A DNA stretch of 36,899 nt, from contig CBFDBV010000003.1 of NCBI GenBank assembly GCA_965603135.1, forward strand, positions 1 to 36,899. The letters run 5' to 3'. Origin of the DNA: an uncultured bacterium. GTDB lineage: Bacteria > Armatimonadota > Zipacnadia > Zipacnadales > UBA5352. The notes under the pieces are model-generated. The model was not told the DNA's origin and did not search any database. It was given only the letters and a program-made list of their open reading frames with translations. Below, piece by piece: positions 16,773 to 26,925 of the stretch. Made by a program: the position numbers and the translations under genes. Position 1 is the first letter of the stretch, and each line of letters begins with the position of its first letter.

Positions 16773-17761
16773 TCAAGCGCCAGGCTCATCTCTCCGAGCA
16801 CCGCGAGTTCGACCGCATCGAGCTGCGCCATCAGGCAGCGCTCGCTCAGGTCGAAGGAGCGGCGCGGGCCCGTGTCGTCGCGAGCTGCGCCCCTTGGCGA
16901 ACCGTTGTGCAGGCACCAGCCCGCGGCCCCACCGGTGATGGCTCCCCGCAGGTCCGCGACGAAGTCAGCCAGCTCCGGCTGCCACCGACCGTAATCGCGC
17001 CGGAACGGCTCCTGGTAGTGCACCGGCACGATCTTGCCCAACTCCGCCATCCACTGAAGGTACTCCTGCGTCTTGGTCTGGGTCCCCGCCGGGGAGGCGC
17101 CGTTGCGCGGCCGGTGGGGCGTGATGAAGTCCACCCTTGCCACGCGCAGGTAGTCGGCAAGCTCCTCCCGCGATATGTCACCGCCGTGAGAAGCGGTCAC
17201 CAGGCGGGCGGGATCAATCTCCTTGATCGCATCGCGCAACTCGCCGCACTCCTCCAGGCTGACGTACCTCGCGTCCTTGATATTGCGTTCGTTAGCAACG
17301 TCGAAGTACACGTTCCGCCAGGGCTTGAGGGCCTCGGCGAGCGTTCGCACTGCCTGAAGATGCGCCACTTGATTCGCGATGCCAACGCCACGGGCGAGCG
17401 TCAGATCAACCACGATCCCCCGCTCGTTCGCGACGCTGACCAAGCTCTTGAGCCGCGTCAGATACGGCTCGCGCGCTGCGCCGCTCGGGTCCACGGCCGA
17501 GATCTCGCCGAACATATCCCAGGTCGCCCAGACCCGGATCCAGTTGATGCCCGTGTACGCGAAGGCCGACATGTCGCTTTCCATGCACTCCGCCGACGCT
17601 CCCTGTGCAGCGTAGTAGCTGATGCCGAGCAGGAATACCTCCTCACCGTCGAGCGTGAACCTCGTGTCCTCGACCCCGAGGATGGTCGCATGCCCTGCGC
17701 CGGCGCCGGCCAATGCAAGCGTTAGCATGAGCCCGATCATCCTCCCGCTTCGCGGCGCCAT
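16769..17761 (-). CDS. Putative clan-A (GH5-like) glycoside hydrolase
   Basis: Start moved to ATG 17761 (GGAGG RBS, signal peptide). FTLDGEEVFLLG, GINWIRVW, FDVANE (acid/base), DFITPH and PVHYQEP (nucleophile-like). Confidence 0.7.
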   Translation of the reverse strand: MAPRSGRMIGLMLTLALAGAGAGHATILGVEDTRFTLDGEEVFLLGISYYAAQGASAECMESDMSAFAYTGINWIRVWATWDMFGEISAVDPSGAAREPYLTRLKSLVSVANERGIVVDLTLARGVGIANQVAHLQAVRTLAEALKPWRNVYFDVANERNIKDARYVSLEECGELRDAIKEIDPARLVTASHGGDISREELADYLRVARVDFITPHRPRNGASPAGTQTKTQEYLQWMAELGKIVPVHYQEPFRRDYGRWQPELADFVADLRGAITGGAAGWCLHNGSPRGAARDDTGPRRSFDLSERCLMAQLDAVELAVLGEMSLALD

Positions 17762-17880
17762 CCCTCGATGCACCTCCCTGCTCTCTTTGCGCGCACGCTG
17801 GGAGGTTTCGCTGCCAGCCTGGGGGAACCTGCCTTCGCTAGCATCTCCCGACCGTTCGACCGAAGGGTGGCGCAAGAGGA

Positions 17881-20130
17881 ATGCGTGTCTGGCTACTGGC
17901 AGCTCTTGTACTCGTGCCCACCTGCGCCAGCGCGCAAGTTTCCACCGCGCACTGGGCCGGCAATGCTGAGGTCGTGTTCTACCTCGACTTCGAGGACGGC
18001 CCGTACGCATGGAAGGCGGCGGGCAACCCCTATCAGATAGGCAGCCAGTTCGAGATAGGAGCCGACGGTAAGGGGGGCCAGGGGTGGCGCAACACCTCGA
18101 AGATGGGTTACATCGCGTTCGACGGGAAGGACAACGTGCCGGTCGAGTGCGGCACGGTCTCGATGCGGGTCAAGTCCGGCGCGATCGACATCTTCACCGA
18201 CGGGCAGAAGCACTGCTTCGCCTCGCTGCCGCGCACTTGCGAGGGGATGTTCGGCGACCGGGAGCGCTGGGGCAGCGAGGGCCTGGCGCTCAGCCTGCGC
18301 AAGACCGAACGGAACACAGTTGATCTGATCGTGCACGTGGGCGGCGATTCCTGGATGCGGGGGAGCGAGCCGGTGACCGCCATCTCAGTTGACGCCTCAG
18401 CCCTCTCCCCCACCGACTGGCACCATCTCATGTTCTCCTGGGACTTCGCCACGCGCAAGCTGTGGCTGGCGATTGACGGGGAAGCTCAGAGTGCGCCGAT
18501 TCCTGAGGTCATCGAGCAGCCGCACGAGTATCTGGCGGCGGTCTTCGGCAACACCCAGGATTACTTGGCGGCAAACCAGGAGCCGCTGGACGGGATGATG
18601 GACGAGATCGCGATCCTGAACGTTGCGCACCCGCGTGCCGTCGAGGTCATGAGCACCGAGAACGCGTACGAGGGCCAGCGCCCGCAGGATCCCACGTGGC
18701 GCGCGGAGGCCACGCTCTTCCCCGATGACGAGAGCCTGGCTCGCTGCGAGCGGGTGGCGCGTCAGCACCTCAAGATGCTGGTCGAGACCCAGCGTTACGG
18801 GAGCTGGTGCCTGGGGATCAAGTGGCCATCGCGGCTCCAGTTCACCGCCAAGTACCGCCTGCCCGAGCCGCGCAACGCCATCTGGCTGAGCAAGGACTCG
18901 CACACCGCCTTCGCCGCCATGCTCCTGCTGTGGGCGTATGAGGCCCTGGGTGACGAGCAGTACCTCGACGCCGCCCGCAACACCGCCGAGATGTACCTGA
19001 CCACCCAGGACCCGGAGGAGGGCTACTGGGTACATGGATACTACTGCGAAAACGGCCAGTACGTCCCGGCCAGCACCGTCGCACTGATACAGGACCACGT
19101 TCAAACCGGCCCGCTGTTGCTGCTGTGTTACATGCACAAGGTCACGGGCGAAGAGGGTTATCTTGAGGCGGCGAAGAAGAGCGCCGAGTTCCTGGTCAAG
19201 ATACAGAACCCCAACGGTAGTTGGTCCCATCACTACGAGCCGGCGGAGGGCGTCGCGAAGACCAGCAGCGGCGTTGTCGGCGGCGGTGAGGTCAATGACT
19301 ACGGCACCTCGGCGCCGGTCTCCAACCTGTTTCAGATGTACCGCCTCACCGGAGAGGAGAAGTACCGCGAGGCTGCGCTGCGCGGCGCCGACTGGCTCGT
19401 TCAGGCCTTCATTGACAACGACAAGGTGGCCGGCTGGGCGGGGCAGTACGATGACAAGAACCGGCCCTCGCCTGCTCGGCATCACGAGCCTGCGGCGGTC
19501 ACGCAGTACGCTCCGCGCTGGGCGGCCAACGGCCTCTTCGCCGCCTACCGCGAGACGCTTGACGACAAGTACCTGGAACCCCTGCGCAAGGTGCTCGCCT
19601 GGTTCGACGCCAACAAGCTGGAGGGCGGATGGTGGTGGGACTATGACATTGAGACCGGCCGGCCCATCCGTATGTGGCGGCGGCAGATGTACTTCATGGA
19701 CGACCCGGAGCAGGTGAAGGCGTACTGCGAGGCCACCGGCGGCAGCGCGCCGACGCCCGGGGACAGCGTCAAGGTGGATCAGCTTCGCAACGAGGTGCGG
19801 CGCATTCAGGAGCAGCCCGAGGGGAGAATCTACCCCCAGCCCTCACAGGAGGACCTGGCGAAGCACGTCGAGGCCACCGCACCCAACTACGTGAGGGCCT
19901 ACCTCCAGAGTACTTCGCAGCCGTTGAACGAGCGCGCCGGTCTGTACACCTGGGAGACCCAGGCCGGCCAGTCAACCAACCTCGTGCGGCATCAGGTCGT
20001 GCGCTTCTGCGACCTGCTGATGCGGGCCCGGGCTGCACGCGGCGACATCCCGGCCGACAACCCGGTCTTCCGCCGCATCGAGGCCTTCGTGGGCTGGCAC
20101 AAGATCATGCCCGAGGTGGCTGACGAGTGA
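17881..20130 (+). CDS. LamG-like domain plus (alpha/alpha)-barrel, pectic-acid-lyase (PL10)-like protein
   Basis: Signal peptide; WHHLMFSWD and GMMDEIAI (LamG); repeated YLDAA/YLEAA/YREAA helices, QNPNGSW, GWAGQYD...RPSPARHHEPAA. Confidence 0.65.
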   Translation: MRVWLLAALVLVPTCASAQVSTAHWAGNAEVVFYLDFEDGPYAWKAAGNPYQIGSQFEIGADGKGGQGWRNTSKMGYIAFDGKDNVPVECGTVSMRVKSGAIDIFTDGQKHCFASLPRTCEGMFGDRERWGSEGLALSLRKTERNTVDLIVHVGGDSWMRGSEPVTAISVDASALSPTDWHHLMFSWDFATRKLWLAIDGEAQSAPIPEVIEQPHEYLAAVFGNTQDYLAANQEPLDGMMDEIAILNVAHPRAVEVMSTENAYEGQRPQDPTWRAEATLFPDDESLARCERVARQHLKMLVETQRYGSWCLGIKWPSRLQFTAKYRLPEPRNAIWLSKDSHTAFAAMLLLWAYEALGDEQYLDAARNTAEMYLTTQDPEEGYWVHGYYCENGQYVPASTVALIQDHVQTGPLLLLCYMHKVTGEEGYLEAAKKSAEFLVKIQNPNGSWSHHYEPAEGVAKTSSGVVGGGEVNDYGTSAPVSNLFQMYRLTGEEKYREAALRGADWLVQAFIDNDKVAGWAGQYDDKNRPSPARHHEPAAVTQYAPRWAANGLFAAYRETLDDKYLEPLRKVLAWFDANKLEGGWWWDYDIETGRPIRMWRRQMYFMDDPEQVKAYCEATGGSAPTPGDSVKVDQLRNEVRRIQEQPEGRIYPQPSQEDLAKHVEATAPNYVRAYLQSTSQPLNERAGLYTWETQAGQSTNLVRHQVVRFCDLLMRARAARGDIPADNPVFRRIEAFVGWHKIMPEVADE

Positions 20131-21086
20131 CAGTGCGCGCGACGCCGGCTGGCGATGATAGGCAGGTCAGCTCGGGGCACACCGCGCGCCAACGGGTCCT
20201 GACCTTCCTGAGCCTGACCCTCGGGATTGACTGGAGCTTGGTCGGCCTGCTCTACGCGGCGGGAGTGCCCTTCGAGGGCGCGACGGTGTTGGCCATCGGC
20301 ACCGTTTACATGGTGGTGCCCGCGGCGGTCGCGATCGTCCTGGCGAGACGCTGGCGCGTGCCGCTGAGGCGCTACGGTCTGCGCTTGCGATGGCGCTGGG
20401 CGTTCCTGTTGGCGTTCGCTGTGCCGATGCTGCTGGCGGTGCTCACGACTGCGCTTGCGGTGGGCCTTGGCTTCGGGGAGTTAGACCTCAGCGGCGAGGT
20501 CATGGTCGAACGCATTGCGGAGTATGCCGGGCCGGAGATGGCCGCCCAGGCGCGCGAGCAGATGGCGGAGCTGCCCATCAACGTGTTGCTGCTCGGGTTC
20601 CTGGCGGCGCCGCTGGCCGGTATCACCATCAACGGCCTCTTCGCGCTGGGCGAGGAGCTGGGCTGGCGAGGCCTTCTGCAGCGCGAGCTGGCCGGTCTGG
20701 GCTTTGCGCGCTCCAGCGTCATCATCGGCCTCATCTGGGGCATCTGGCACGCGCCCCTGATCGCCCAGGGGCTCAACTATCCCGAGCATCCGCTCATCGG
20801 TATGCTCACAATGACCGCGATGTGCATTCCCCTGGGCGTCCTGCACTCCTGGGTGCGGCTGCGGGCGGGCACCGTGCTGGCCGCGGCGGTGATGCACGGC
20901 ACCTTCAACGGCCTGGCCGGCGTGACGCTCGGCGCTGTGCGCGGAGGCAGTGACCTGACTATCGGCTTCACGGGCCTATGCGGTATAATGGCGATGTGCA
21001 TTCTGGCGGCGGCAGCCCTGCTCACGCCGCCGCGCATAGATACGGACGACGAGCCAACACCTCCAGCCGTTACCAGCGAGGAGTGA
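20127..21086 (+). CDS. CPBP (CAAX/Abi) intramembrane metalloprotease
   Basis: GEELGWRG, IWGIWHAP and MHGTFN motifs in a multi-pass membrane protein. Confidence 0.9.
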   Translation: MTVRATPAGDDRQVSSGHTARQRVLTFLSLTLGIDWSLVGLLYAAGVPFEGATVLAIGTVYMVVPAAVAIVLARRWRVPLRRYGLRLRWRWAFLLAFAVPMLLAVLTTALAVGLGFGELDLSGEVMVERIAEYAGPEMAAQAREQMAELPINVLLLGFLAAPLAGITINGLFALGEELGWRGLLQRELAGLGFARSSVIIGLIWGIWHAPLIAQGLNYPEHPLIGMLTMTAMCIPLGVLHSWVRLRAGTVLAAAVMHGTFNGLAGVTLGAVRGGSDLTIGFTGLCGIMAMCILAAAALLTPPRIDTDDEPTPPAVTSEE

Positions 21087-21090
21087 GACT

Positions 21091-22371
21091 ATGTCTGACA
21101 AGCTTGCGCTCGATGGAGGCCCCGGGACCGTGCCCGAGGGGACGATCAAGTCCTGGCCGCCTCACGATCAGAGGGACCGCGATGCTGTGACGGCGGTCTT
21201 CGACAGCGATGTCTTCCACGGCTCCAGCGCGCCACGCTGCGTGGAACTCCAGGAGAAGTGGGCGGAGTACTGTGGCGCCAAGTACTGCCTGGTCACGAAC
21301 TCCGGGACCTCGGCTCTGCACATGGCGGTCGCCTCGGCGGGCGTGCTGCCCGGCGACGAGGTCATCACCAGCGCCTTCAGCTTCTGGGCCAGCGCGGCGG
21401 CGATCCTGCATCAGTGCGCGATTCCCGTCTTCGTGGACATTGACCCGAAGACGTACACGATTGACCCCGCGCTCATCGAGGAGAAGATCACTGAGCGCAC
21501 CTCCGCCGTACTGCCCGTGTCCATCCACGGGATGCCCTTCGACCACGATCCCGTCTTCGAGGTCGCCAGGAAGCACGACCTCAAGGTCGTCCACGACGAC
21601 TGCCAGGCGCATGGCGCAACCTACAAGGGCAAGCGCATGGGCAGCTTCGATCACACCACCGGCTTCAGCCTCAACCGCTCCAAGAACCTGACCGCCGGTG
21701 AGGGTGGCCTGTACACGACCAATGATGAGGCGATGAAGGCTCACGCTCACAAGATGCGCGAGTTCGGCGAGGTGGTCCTGCCGGACACGGATCGCGAGTA
21801 CAACGCCTTCGGGCTGGGCTGGATGTACCGGCCCCACGAGTTCATCAACGCCTTCTGTCTCGCACAGCTTGAGCGGCTCGATGAGAACAACGCCGGGCGC
21901 ATCGAGTTCTCCGAGTTCCTCACCGCCGGCCTGGCGGAGATACCCGGCTTTGCCGGCCCGTACGATCCCGACTGGGCCCAGCCGGTCTACTACGTCTACG
22001 TCGTCGAGTTCCGGCCCGACGAGCTGGGCCTGGACTGCACACCGCTGGAGATGAAGCAGGCCTGCGTGAAGGCCATGGCCGCCGAGGGCATCGGCCTGGG
22101 GCAGTGGCAGACGCGGCCGATCCCGGGGCAGGACGTCTTCCAGGACAAGGTGGGCTTCGGCCGCGGCGTGCCGTGGTCGCTCAACCCCGAGGTCGAGTAC
22201 GAGTACCGCAGCGAGGACTACCCGCGCACGGTCGAGTTCATTGATGGGCACTCTTACCTGCGCGGCGTCTACCCGCCCAACGACCTGGAGCTGATGAAGC
22301 TCTATCTGGCGGGCTTCCGCAAGGTCAGCGACAACATCGAGCGCGTGCTGGAGCTGGCAGCCGAGGAGTAG
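21091..22371 (+). CDS. DegT/DnrJ/EryC1/StrS family PLP aminotransferase
   Basis: NSGTSALHMA, PGDEVI, PVFVDID, DDCQAHGA and FSLNRSKNLTAGEGG (PLP lysine). Confidence 0.93.
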   Translation: MSDKLALDGGPGTVPEGTIKSWPPHDQRDRDAVTAVFDSDVFHGSSAPRCVELQEKWAEYCGAKYCLVTNSGTSALHMAVASAGVLPGDEVITSAFSFWASAAAILHQCAIPVFVDIDPKTYTIDPALIEEKITERTSAVLPVSIHGMPFDHDPVFEVARKHDLKVVHDDCQAHGATYKGKRMGSFDHTTGFSLNRSKNLTAGEGGLYTTNDEAMKAHAHKMREFGEVVLPDTDREYNAFGLGWMYRPHEFINAFCLAQLERLDENNAGRIEFSEFLTAGLAEIPGFAGPYDPDWAQPVYYVYVVEFRPDELGLDCTPLEMKQACVKAMAAEGIGLGQWQTRPIPGQDVFQDKVGFGRGVPWSLNPEVEYEYRSEDYPRTVEFIDGHSYLRGVYPPNDLELMKLYLAGFRKVSDNIERVLELAAEE

Positions 22372-22382
22372 AGGCGATCACC

Positions 22383-23690
22383 ATGCTGAAGGTCGGCTTC
22401 GCTGAGGCGGACGTCACCCCCCCGCTGGGCATCAGTATGTCGGGACACTGGCACGAGCGCCAGGCGACCGCCGTCCGTGATCCGCTCTTCGCGCACGCGA
22501 TGGTCATTGACGACGGCGCGGCGCCCATCTGCCTCGTCACCTGCGACGTGCTCTCGCTCAAACGCAGCACCGTCCTGCGCACGCGCGAGGCCATCGCCGA
22601 GGCGACCGACCTGGCCCCGGATCGCATCGCCATCAGCGCCACCCACACGCACTACGGCCCGATGACGGCCCGCATCTGGACGAAGGACCAGGGCCCGGAT
22701 CCCGACTACCTTGAGCAGTTCGAGGCCGGGATCGTCCAGGCCGCGCGCGACGCCTTCGAGGGGCGGCAGCCGGCGATGCTGGGCATCGGCTGGGCGTTCG
22801 AGGGCAAGCTGTCCTTCAACCGCCGGTTCATTATGCGCGACGGCTCGGCTCTCATGCACCCGCCCGTCGGCAGCACGGACATCCTCTATCAGGAGGGCGC
22901 GACCGACCCGGAGGTGGGCGTCATCGTCGCGCGCGACGAGGCGGGCCAGGAGCTCGGCTACTGGGTCAACTTCGCCTGCCACGCCACGGTCTCGGATCGG
23001 CCCACCGAGATCTCAGCAGACTTCCCCGGTGCACTGTCGGCGGAGATGAAACGGCGCCACGGCGATGACGTGGTGACGCTCTTCGCCAACGGCTGCTGCG
23101 GGAATCTGTGTCAGATAGACGTCTTCGACCCGGACCGCCCGCGCAGCGGCGATGAACTGCTGGAGCTGACGGGCACGCGCCTGGCCGATGACGTCGCGGC
23201 CGCGGAGGCGGACATGGAGTTCGCCGATGATCTGCCGCTCAACGCGCGCAGCCAGCCGATCGGCATCCCCCTCAGGCACATCTCCGAGGAGACCGTGGCC
23301 CACGCGCGCGAGGTCCTCGAGGACCGCGGCGCGTACGATCACAAGGAGATCAAGTACGCCGAGATGGTCCTGGAGTTAATGGAGGAGAAGCGCGCGCGGC
23401 CGCTCATTCCCGGCGAGATCCAGGCTTTCCGGCTGGGCGAGGTCGGCGTGGTAATGCTCCCCGGCGAGATTTTCGTGGAGCACGGGCTGGAGATCAAGCT
23501 GCGCTCGCCGGCGCGGCGGACGTTCGTGGTGGAGCTGGCGAACGGCATCATGGGCTACGTGCCGACGCGCCAGGCCTTCGAGTGCGGCGGCTACGAGCAG
23601 CGCCTTGGCAACAACAGCAAGCTGGCGCCGGTGGCGGGCGAGTACATGGTGGAGGTCTCCTGCGCGCTGCTGGACTCGATGTTCCGGTGA
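22383..23690 (+). CDS. Neutral/alkaline ceramidase-like hydrolase
   Basis: DVTPPLG, DPLFAHA, ISATHTHYGP, NRR, NFACHAT, ISADFPG, LPGEIF, GYVPT..AF..GGYE. Confidence 0.85.
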   Translation: MLKVGFAEADVTPPLGISMSGHWHERQATAVRDPLFAHAMVIDDGAAPICLVTCDVLSLKRSTVLRTREAIAEATDLAPDRIAISATHTHYGPMTARIWTKDQGPDPDYLEQFEAGIVQAARDAFEGRQPAMLGIGWAFEGKLSFNRRFIMRDGSALMHPPVGSTDILYQEGATDPEVGVIVARDEAGQELGYWVNFACHATVSDRPTEISADFPGALSAEMKRRHGDDVVTLFANGCCGNLCQIDVFDPDRPRSGDELLELTGTRLADDVAAAEADMEFADDLPLNARSQPIGIPLRHISEETVAHAREVLEDRGAYDHKEIKYAEMVLELMEEKRARPLIPGEIQAFRLGEVGVVMLPGEIFVEHGLEIKLRSPARRTFVVELANGIMGYVPTRQAFECGGYEQRLGNNSKLAPVAGEYMVEVSCALLDSMFR

Positions 23691-23699
23691 GGTAGCCCA

Positions 23700-25637
23700 T
23701 CAGGGGCGGTCGGCCCAGTGCTCGGTAAGGGCCACCGCCGCCTGGTAGCGCTCATTGTCCTGGCTCCACGGCAGACAGTACAGACGCATCCCATCCGTCA
23801 ATTCCCGCGCGATGCGCATAGCGGAAGACACGTATTCCCCGGCAGGCGCCGCCTTGTGCCACGAGGTGCTCGTGCAGTACACGTTGATATGCAGGCCCCG
23901 GTTCGGCCCCACGAATGCCCGTGCGTCCGCAAGCTCCGCCGGCAGGTCGTCGGTCTGATCAAGCGGCCGATACGGCCACATGATCCCGTCCGTGTAACGC
24001 CCGTACGTGGTCATCCAGTCGGGCATCCGCCCAATGGTCTCCGTGTAGATAACCGGCAGGAACGCCAGCTCAGGGTTGATCGCGCGCTGGGCGCTGACCA
24101 TCTTGCCGACGTAGTCCGGTGTGAAGATGTCGAACCCCCCGTCGAAGTCATCAATGACCCACGCGACCAGCGATGGGTGTTCCAGCGAGAGCTGCGCCAG
24201 CTCCTTCCCCCAGGCAACGTAGTCCAGGAAATGCGGTCCGTAGCCGCCGTGGTGGTAGTACTTCATGGAACTCGGCGAGGAGAGCGTCGCCCAGACCTGG
24301 ATCCCCGCCTCATCGGCCACGGGCAGGAACTCCAGGAAGTCCTCCCAGCGCCGCGAGAGCGTCCAGTCGAACGTGTCAAGGTGCGCTTGCTTGCAGTACT
24401 CGATGAGCTTCGGGATGTCAACACTATGCTCTTCGTCATCGCGCCGAGGCATCACGGCATAGTTGCCGACGAACCCCCTCAGCCGCTCGTTGACCCGTTG
24501 CGCGCGCGCCCAGTCATCTGGATGCTCCTCGCGCCACCTCAGCTCCGCCACATGCGCGTCCCCGGCCAACCGCACCCTCAGCAGACACGCCACCCAGTCG
24601 TCGTTCTCGACCGCAGAACGCAGTCGCAGCGAGTACACGCCGTCCGCGACGCCTTCGGCGGGCACGCTCAACTCGCGGCCCTGAGCCTCCCCCGCGGGCC
24701 ACTCGTACTCTGCGACGGCCACCTCCTCGCCGCCACCATCTGACAGCACCATCCTGACCTGCAGGCCCTTCTCCGCCAGCGCCTGGAGCGGCTGGTATTC
24801 GATCTGACAGGTCACCGGCTCCGGCTGCGTGAAGTAACTTCGCTCAGGCAGCGAGGCGGACAGCCGATAGTCCTGGTTCTTCACGGACTCCGGCAGAAAC
24901 GCCCCGATCAACCGGTTCACCCACGCTCTGACCTCCGGCTCGTTGTTGCGCAGTGCCATCCAGTTGAGCAGGAGAGCCTCGCCCTTCCCCGTCTTCCTGG
25001 CGACCACGGCCGGCACCGTGCGTGCCCTCTTGTCCTCCCAGGTCTGCCCCGCCAGCCGAGCCTCGCCGGAGGCTTCGTAGACCACCGCCGCCGGATCAAT
25101 GCCCTCCGGCATGAAGGCATTGCCGACGAAGCTCTCTATCTTCGCAGGCGCATCGAGCGCGGCCAGAGGCGAGTTCGGCTGAAGACACCTGGTGAGAAAG
25201 CCTCGACCGTAGTGGCAGGCCTGCTTGCGCCCGGGCGCTATCCCCAGCAGCTTGCAGAACTCGTCCGACTCGGGAAAAACGGGGCCGTCTACCCAGAGGA
25301 GCCTGCCGCCCTCGCCAACGTATCTTGCCAGCGCGTCGCCCACCTCCTGCGACACGCAGTATGTGTGCGTGGTGGCGATAGCCGCCACCCTTGCCAGCCG
25401 CTCGGAGTCCTGCACCTCCGCGTCGCGGATGACGCGGTACTTCATCTGCAGTTCTCCCAGCCGCTCCATGAGCCGGACCTGGTTGCAGTTCGGATAGCGC
25501 TGTCTGTTGTGCTCCGAGTCGAGCACCCCGACCACGTCAGCCTTCGCGACCGTCGTCGTTACTGACGCGGCCGCTGGCAGAAGAAGCAGCACGATGAGCA
25601 ACGGGGCGTAACATGAGCAATGCGGGCGTCTGTTCAC
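23700..25637 (-). CDS. Secreted putative glycoside hydrolase-like protein (GATase-like N-domain, C-terminal TIM-barrel-like domain)
   Basis: ORF 23700..25721; likely GTG start at 25637 (GGAGGA RBS, then a hydrophobic signal). LARYVGEGGRLLW, AGIQVWATL, LVAWVIDDF, DGIMWPY. Confidence 0.6.
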   Translation of the reverse strand: MNRRPHCSCYAPLLIVLLLLPAAASVTTTVAKADVVGVLDSEHNRQRYPNCNQVRLMERLGELQMKYRVIRDAEVQDSERLARVAAIATTHTYCVSQEVGDALARYVGEGGRLLWVDGPVFPESDEFCKLLGIAPGRKQACHYGRGFLTRCLQPNSPLAALDAPAKIESFVGNAFMPEGIDPAAVVYEASGEARLAGQTWEDKRARTVPAVVARKTGKGEALLLNWMALRNNEPEVRAWVNRLIGAFLPESVKNQDYRLSASLPERSYFTQPEPVTCQIEYQPLQALAEKGLQVRMVLSDGGGEEVAVAEYEWPAGEAQGRELSVPAEGVADGVYSLRLRSAVENDDWVACLLRVRLAGDAHVAELRWREEHPDDWARAQRVNERLRGFVGNYAVMPRRDDEEHSVDIPKLIEYCKQAHLDTFDWTLSRRWEDFLEFLPVADEAGIQVWATLSSPSSMKYYHHGGYGPHFLDYVAWGKELAQLSLEHPSLVAWVIDDFDGGFDIFTPDYVGKMVSAQRAINPELAFLPVIYTETIGRMPDWMTTYGRYTDGIMWPYRPLDQTDDLPAELADARAFVGPNRGLHINVYCTSTSWHKAAPAGEYVSSAMRIARELTDGMRLYCLPWSQDNERYQAAVALTEHWADRP

Positions 25638-25845
25638 GGTCACTCCTCCAGGGCGCTTCGGACTGCCGTCAGCGGGAAGTCCTTTCCGCTTCCGGCCGCG
25701 CGACTCCTCTGTTGCGGCCATGCGTCGCTGTGACCGTCGCCACCCCGGAGGTCACCGGCACAGTTCCGGGGAATAGGGTGCCTCGACGAGCCAACGCGGA
25801 CACGCCCTGACCGACAACTCCCAGCCTCCATCAAAGGAGACGCTC

Positions 25846-26910
25846 ATGGCAGAGGTCCCGTCATATCTGAAGGGTTACGAGGGTACGTACGCGCGCAATC
25901 CCCGTCAAGCGGCGCTTGAGTGGTTCCGCGACGCCAACTACGGCCTGTTCCTGCACTACGGGCTGTACTCGCTGCTCGGCCGGCACGAGTGGGTGCAGTT
26001 CCGCGAGAAGATCCCCGTCGCCGAGTACGAGAAGCTGAAGGAGCAGTTCGCCGCCGAGAACTTCGATGCCGACTACATCGCCCGGTTCGCCGTGGACTGC
26101 GGGATGAAGTACGTCAACATCACCACGCGGCACCACGATTCGTTCTGCCTGTTCGACACCGCGCAGACGGACTTCAACAGCGTGAACTCGCCCTGCAGGC
26201 GGGGCTGTGGCGGCGGGGAGCGACCGCTTGCGGGCGCAGGGCGGGACCTGGTCGGCGAGCTGGCGGAGGCCTGCGCGAAGTGCGGCCTGGGGCTGTTCCT
26301 GTACTACTCGCACGGGCGCGACTGGCGTCATCCGCACGCACCGAACAACGATGAATGGGGAGGCAGCGCGCGCCCGGACTACGACCCGCCCGAGCCCTCC
26401 TATGCTTACGGTGACGAGCACGACCTGGGCATCTACCTGGAGTTCATCCACGCGCAGGTAGACGAGTTGCTCATGGGCTATGGTCCGATCGCCGGCATCT
26501 GGCTGGACGGCATTGGGACGCCGCTGTCGGGCGATGTGTCGGTGTTCCGCTGCCAGGAGCTGTACGACTTCATCCACGCCAAGCAGCCGCAGGTGTTGGT
26601 GTCGTACAAGCAAGGCTTGCTGGGCACGGAGGACTTCGTCGCGCCGGAGCACGAGGCGGTGGACTCGGCGGGCAGGCCTGGGGAGATCTGCACGACGATG
26701 ACGCCGAAGTCATGGGGATATCTCGCGGAGGCGAAGGGCGAGCACTTGAGCGCGGAGGAGGTCTGGGAGAAGCTCCGCGACGCGAACCGCCAGGGCTGCA
26801 ATCTCCTCCTCAACACCGGCCCGCTGCCGGACGGCTCCATTGACCCCGAGGACGACACCGTCCTGCGCGCCGTCGGCGAGCGCCTCCGCCGCGACGGCTT
26901 CCCGGAGTAG
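25846..26910 (+). CDS. Alpha-L-fucosidase (GH29)
   Basis: WFRDANYGLFLHYGLYS, TTRHHDSFCLF, LFLYYS, GIWLDG, SWGY, NLLLNTGPLPDG; AAGGAG RBS. Confidence 0.93.
   Translation: MAEVPSYLKGYEGTYARNPRQAALEWFRDANYGLFLHYGLYSLLGRHEWVQFREKIPVAEYEKLKEQFAAENFDADYIARFAVDCGMKYVNITTRHHDSFCLFDTAQTDFNSVNSPCRRGCGGGERPLAGAGRDLVGELAEACAKCGLGLFLYYSHGRDWRHPHAPNNDEWGGSARPDYDPPEPSYAYGDEHDLGIYLEFIHAQVDELLMGYGPIAGIWLDGIGTPLSGDVSVFRCQELYDFIHAKQPQVLVSYKQGLLGTEDFVAPEHEAVDSAGRPGEICTTMTPKSWGYLAEAKGEHLSAEEVWEKLRDANRQGCNLLLNTGPLPDGSIDPEDDTVLRAVGERLRRDGFPE
26198..26243 (+). repeat. 42-bp in-frame inserted element, copy 2
   Basis: Same core GCTGTGGCGGCGGGGAGCGACCGCTTGCGGGCGC as 2400-2433. GGCG repeats at 26198-26201 and 26240-26243 are 42 bp apart. 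Confidence 0.85.
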
Positions 26911-26913
26911 CGC
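26751..26913 (+). repeat. Direct repeat B1: fucosidase 3' end (partner at 32900-33062)
   Basis: Ungapped collinear match with a constant offset of 6149. Confidence 0.9.
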
Positions 26914-26925
26914 TCAGCCGTGCCC

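Noticed and set aside
17762-18010. N-terminal extension of the 413-aa minus ORF
   Set aside because: It overlaps the divergent gene at 17881, and a good RBS and signal peptide start at 17761.
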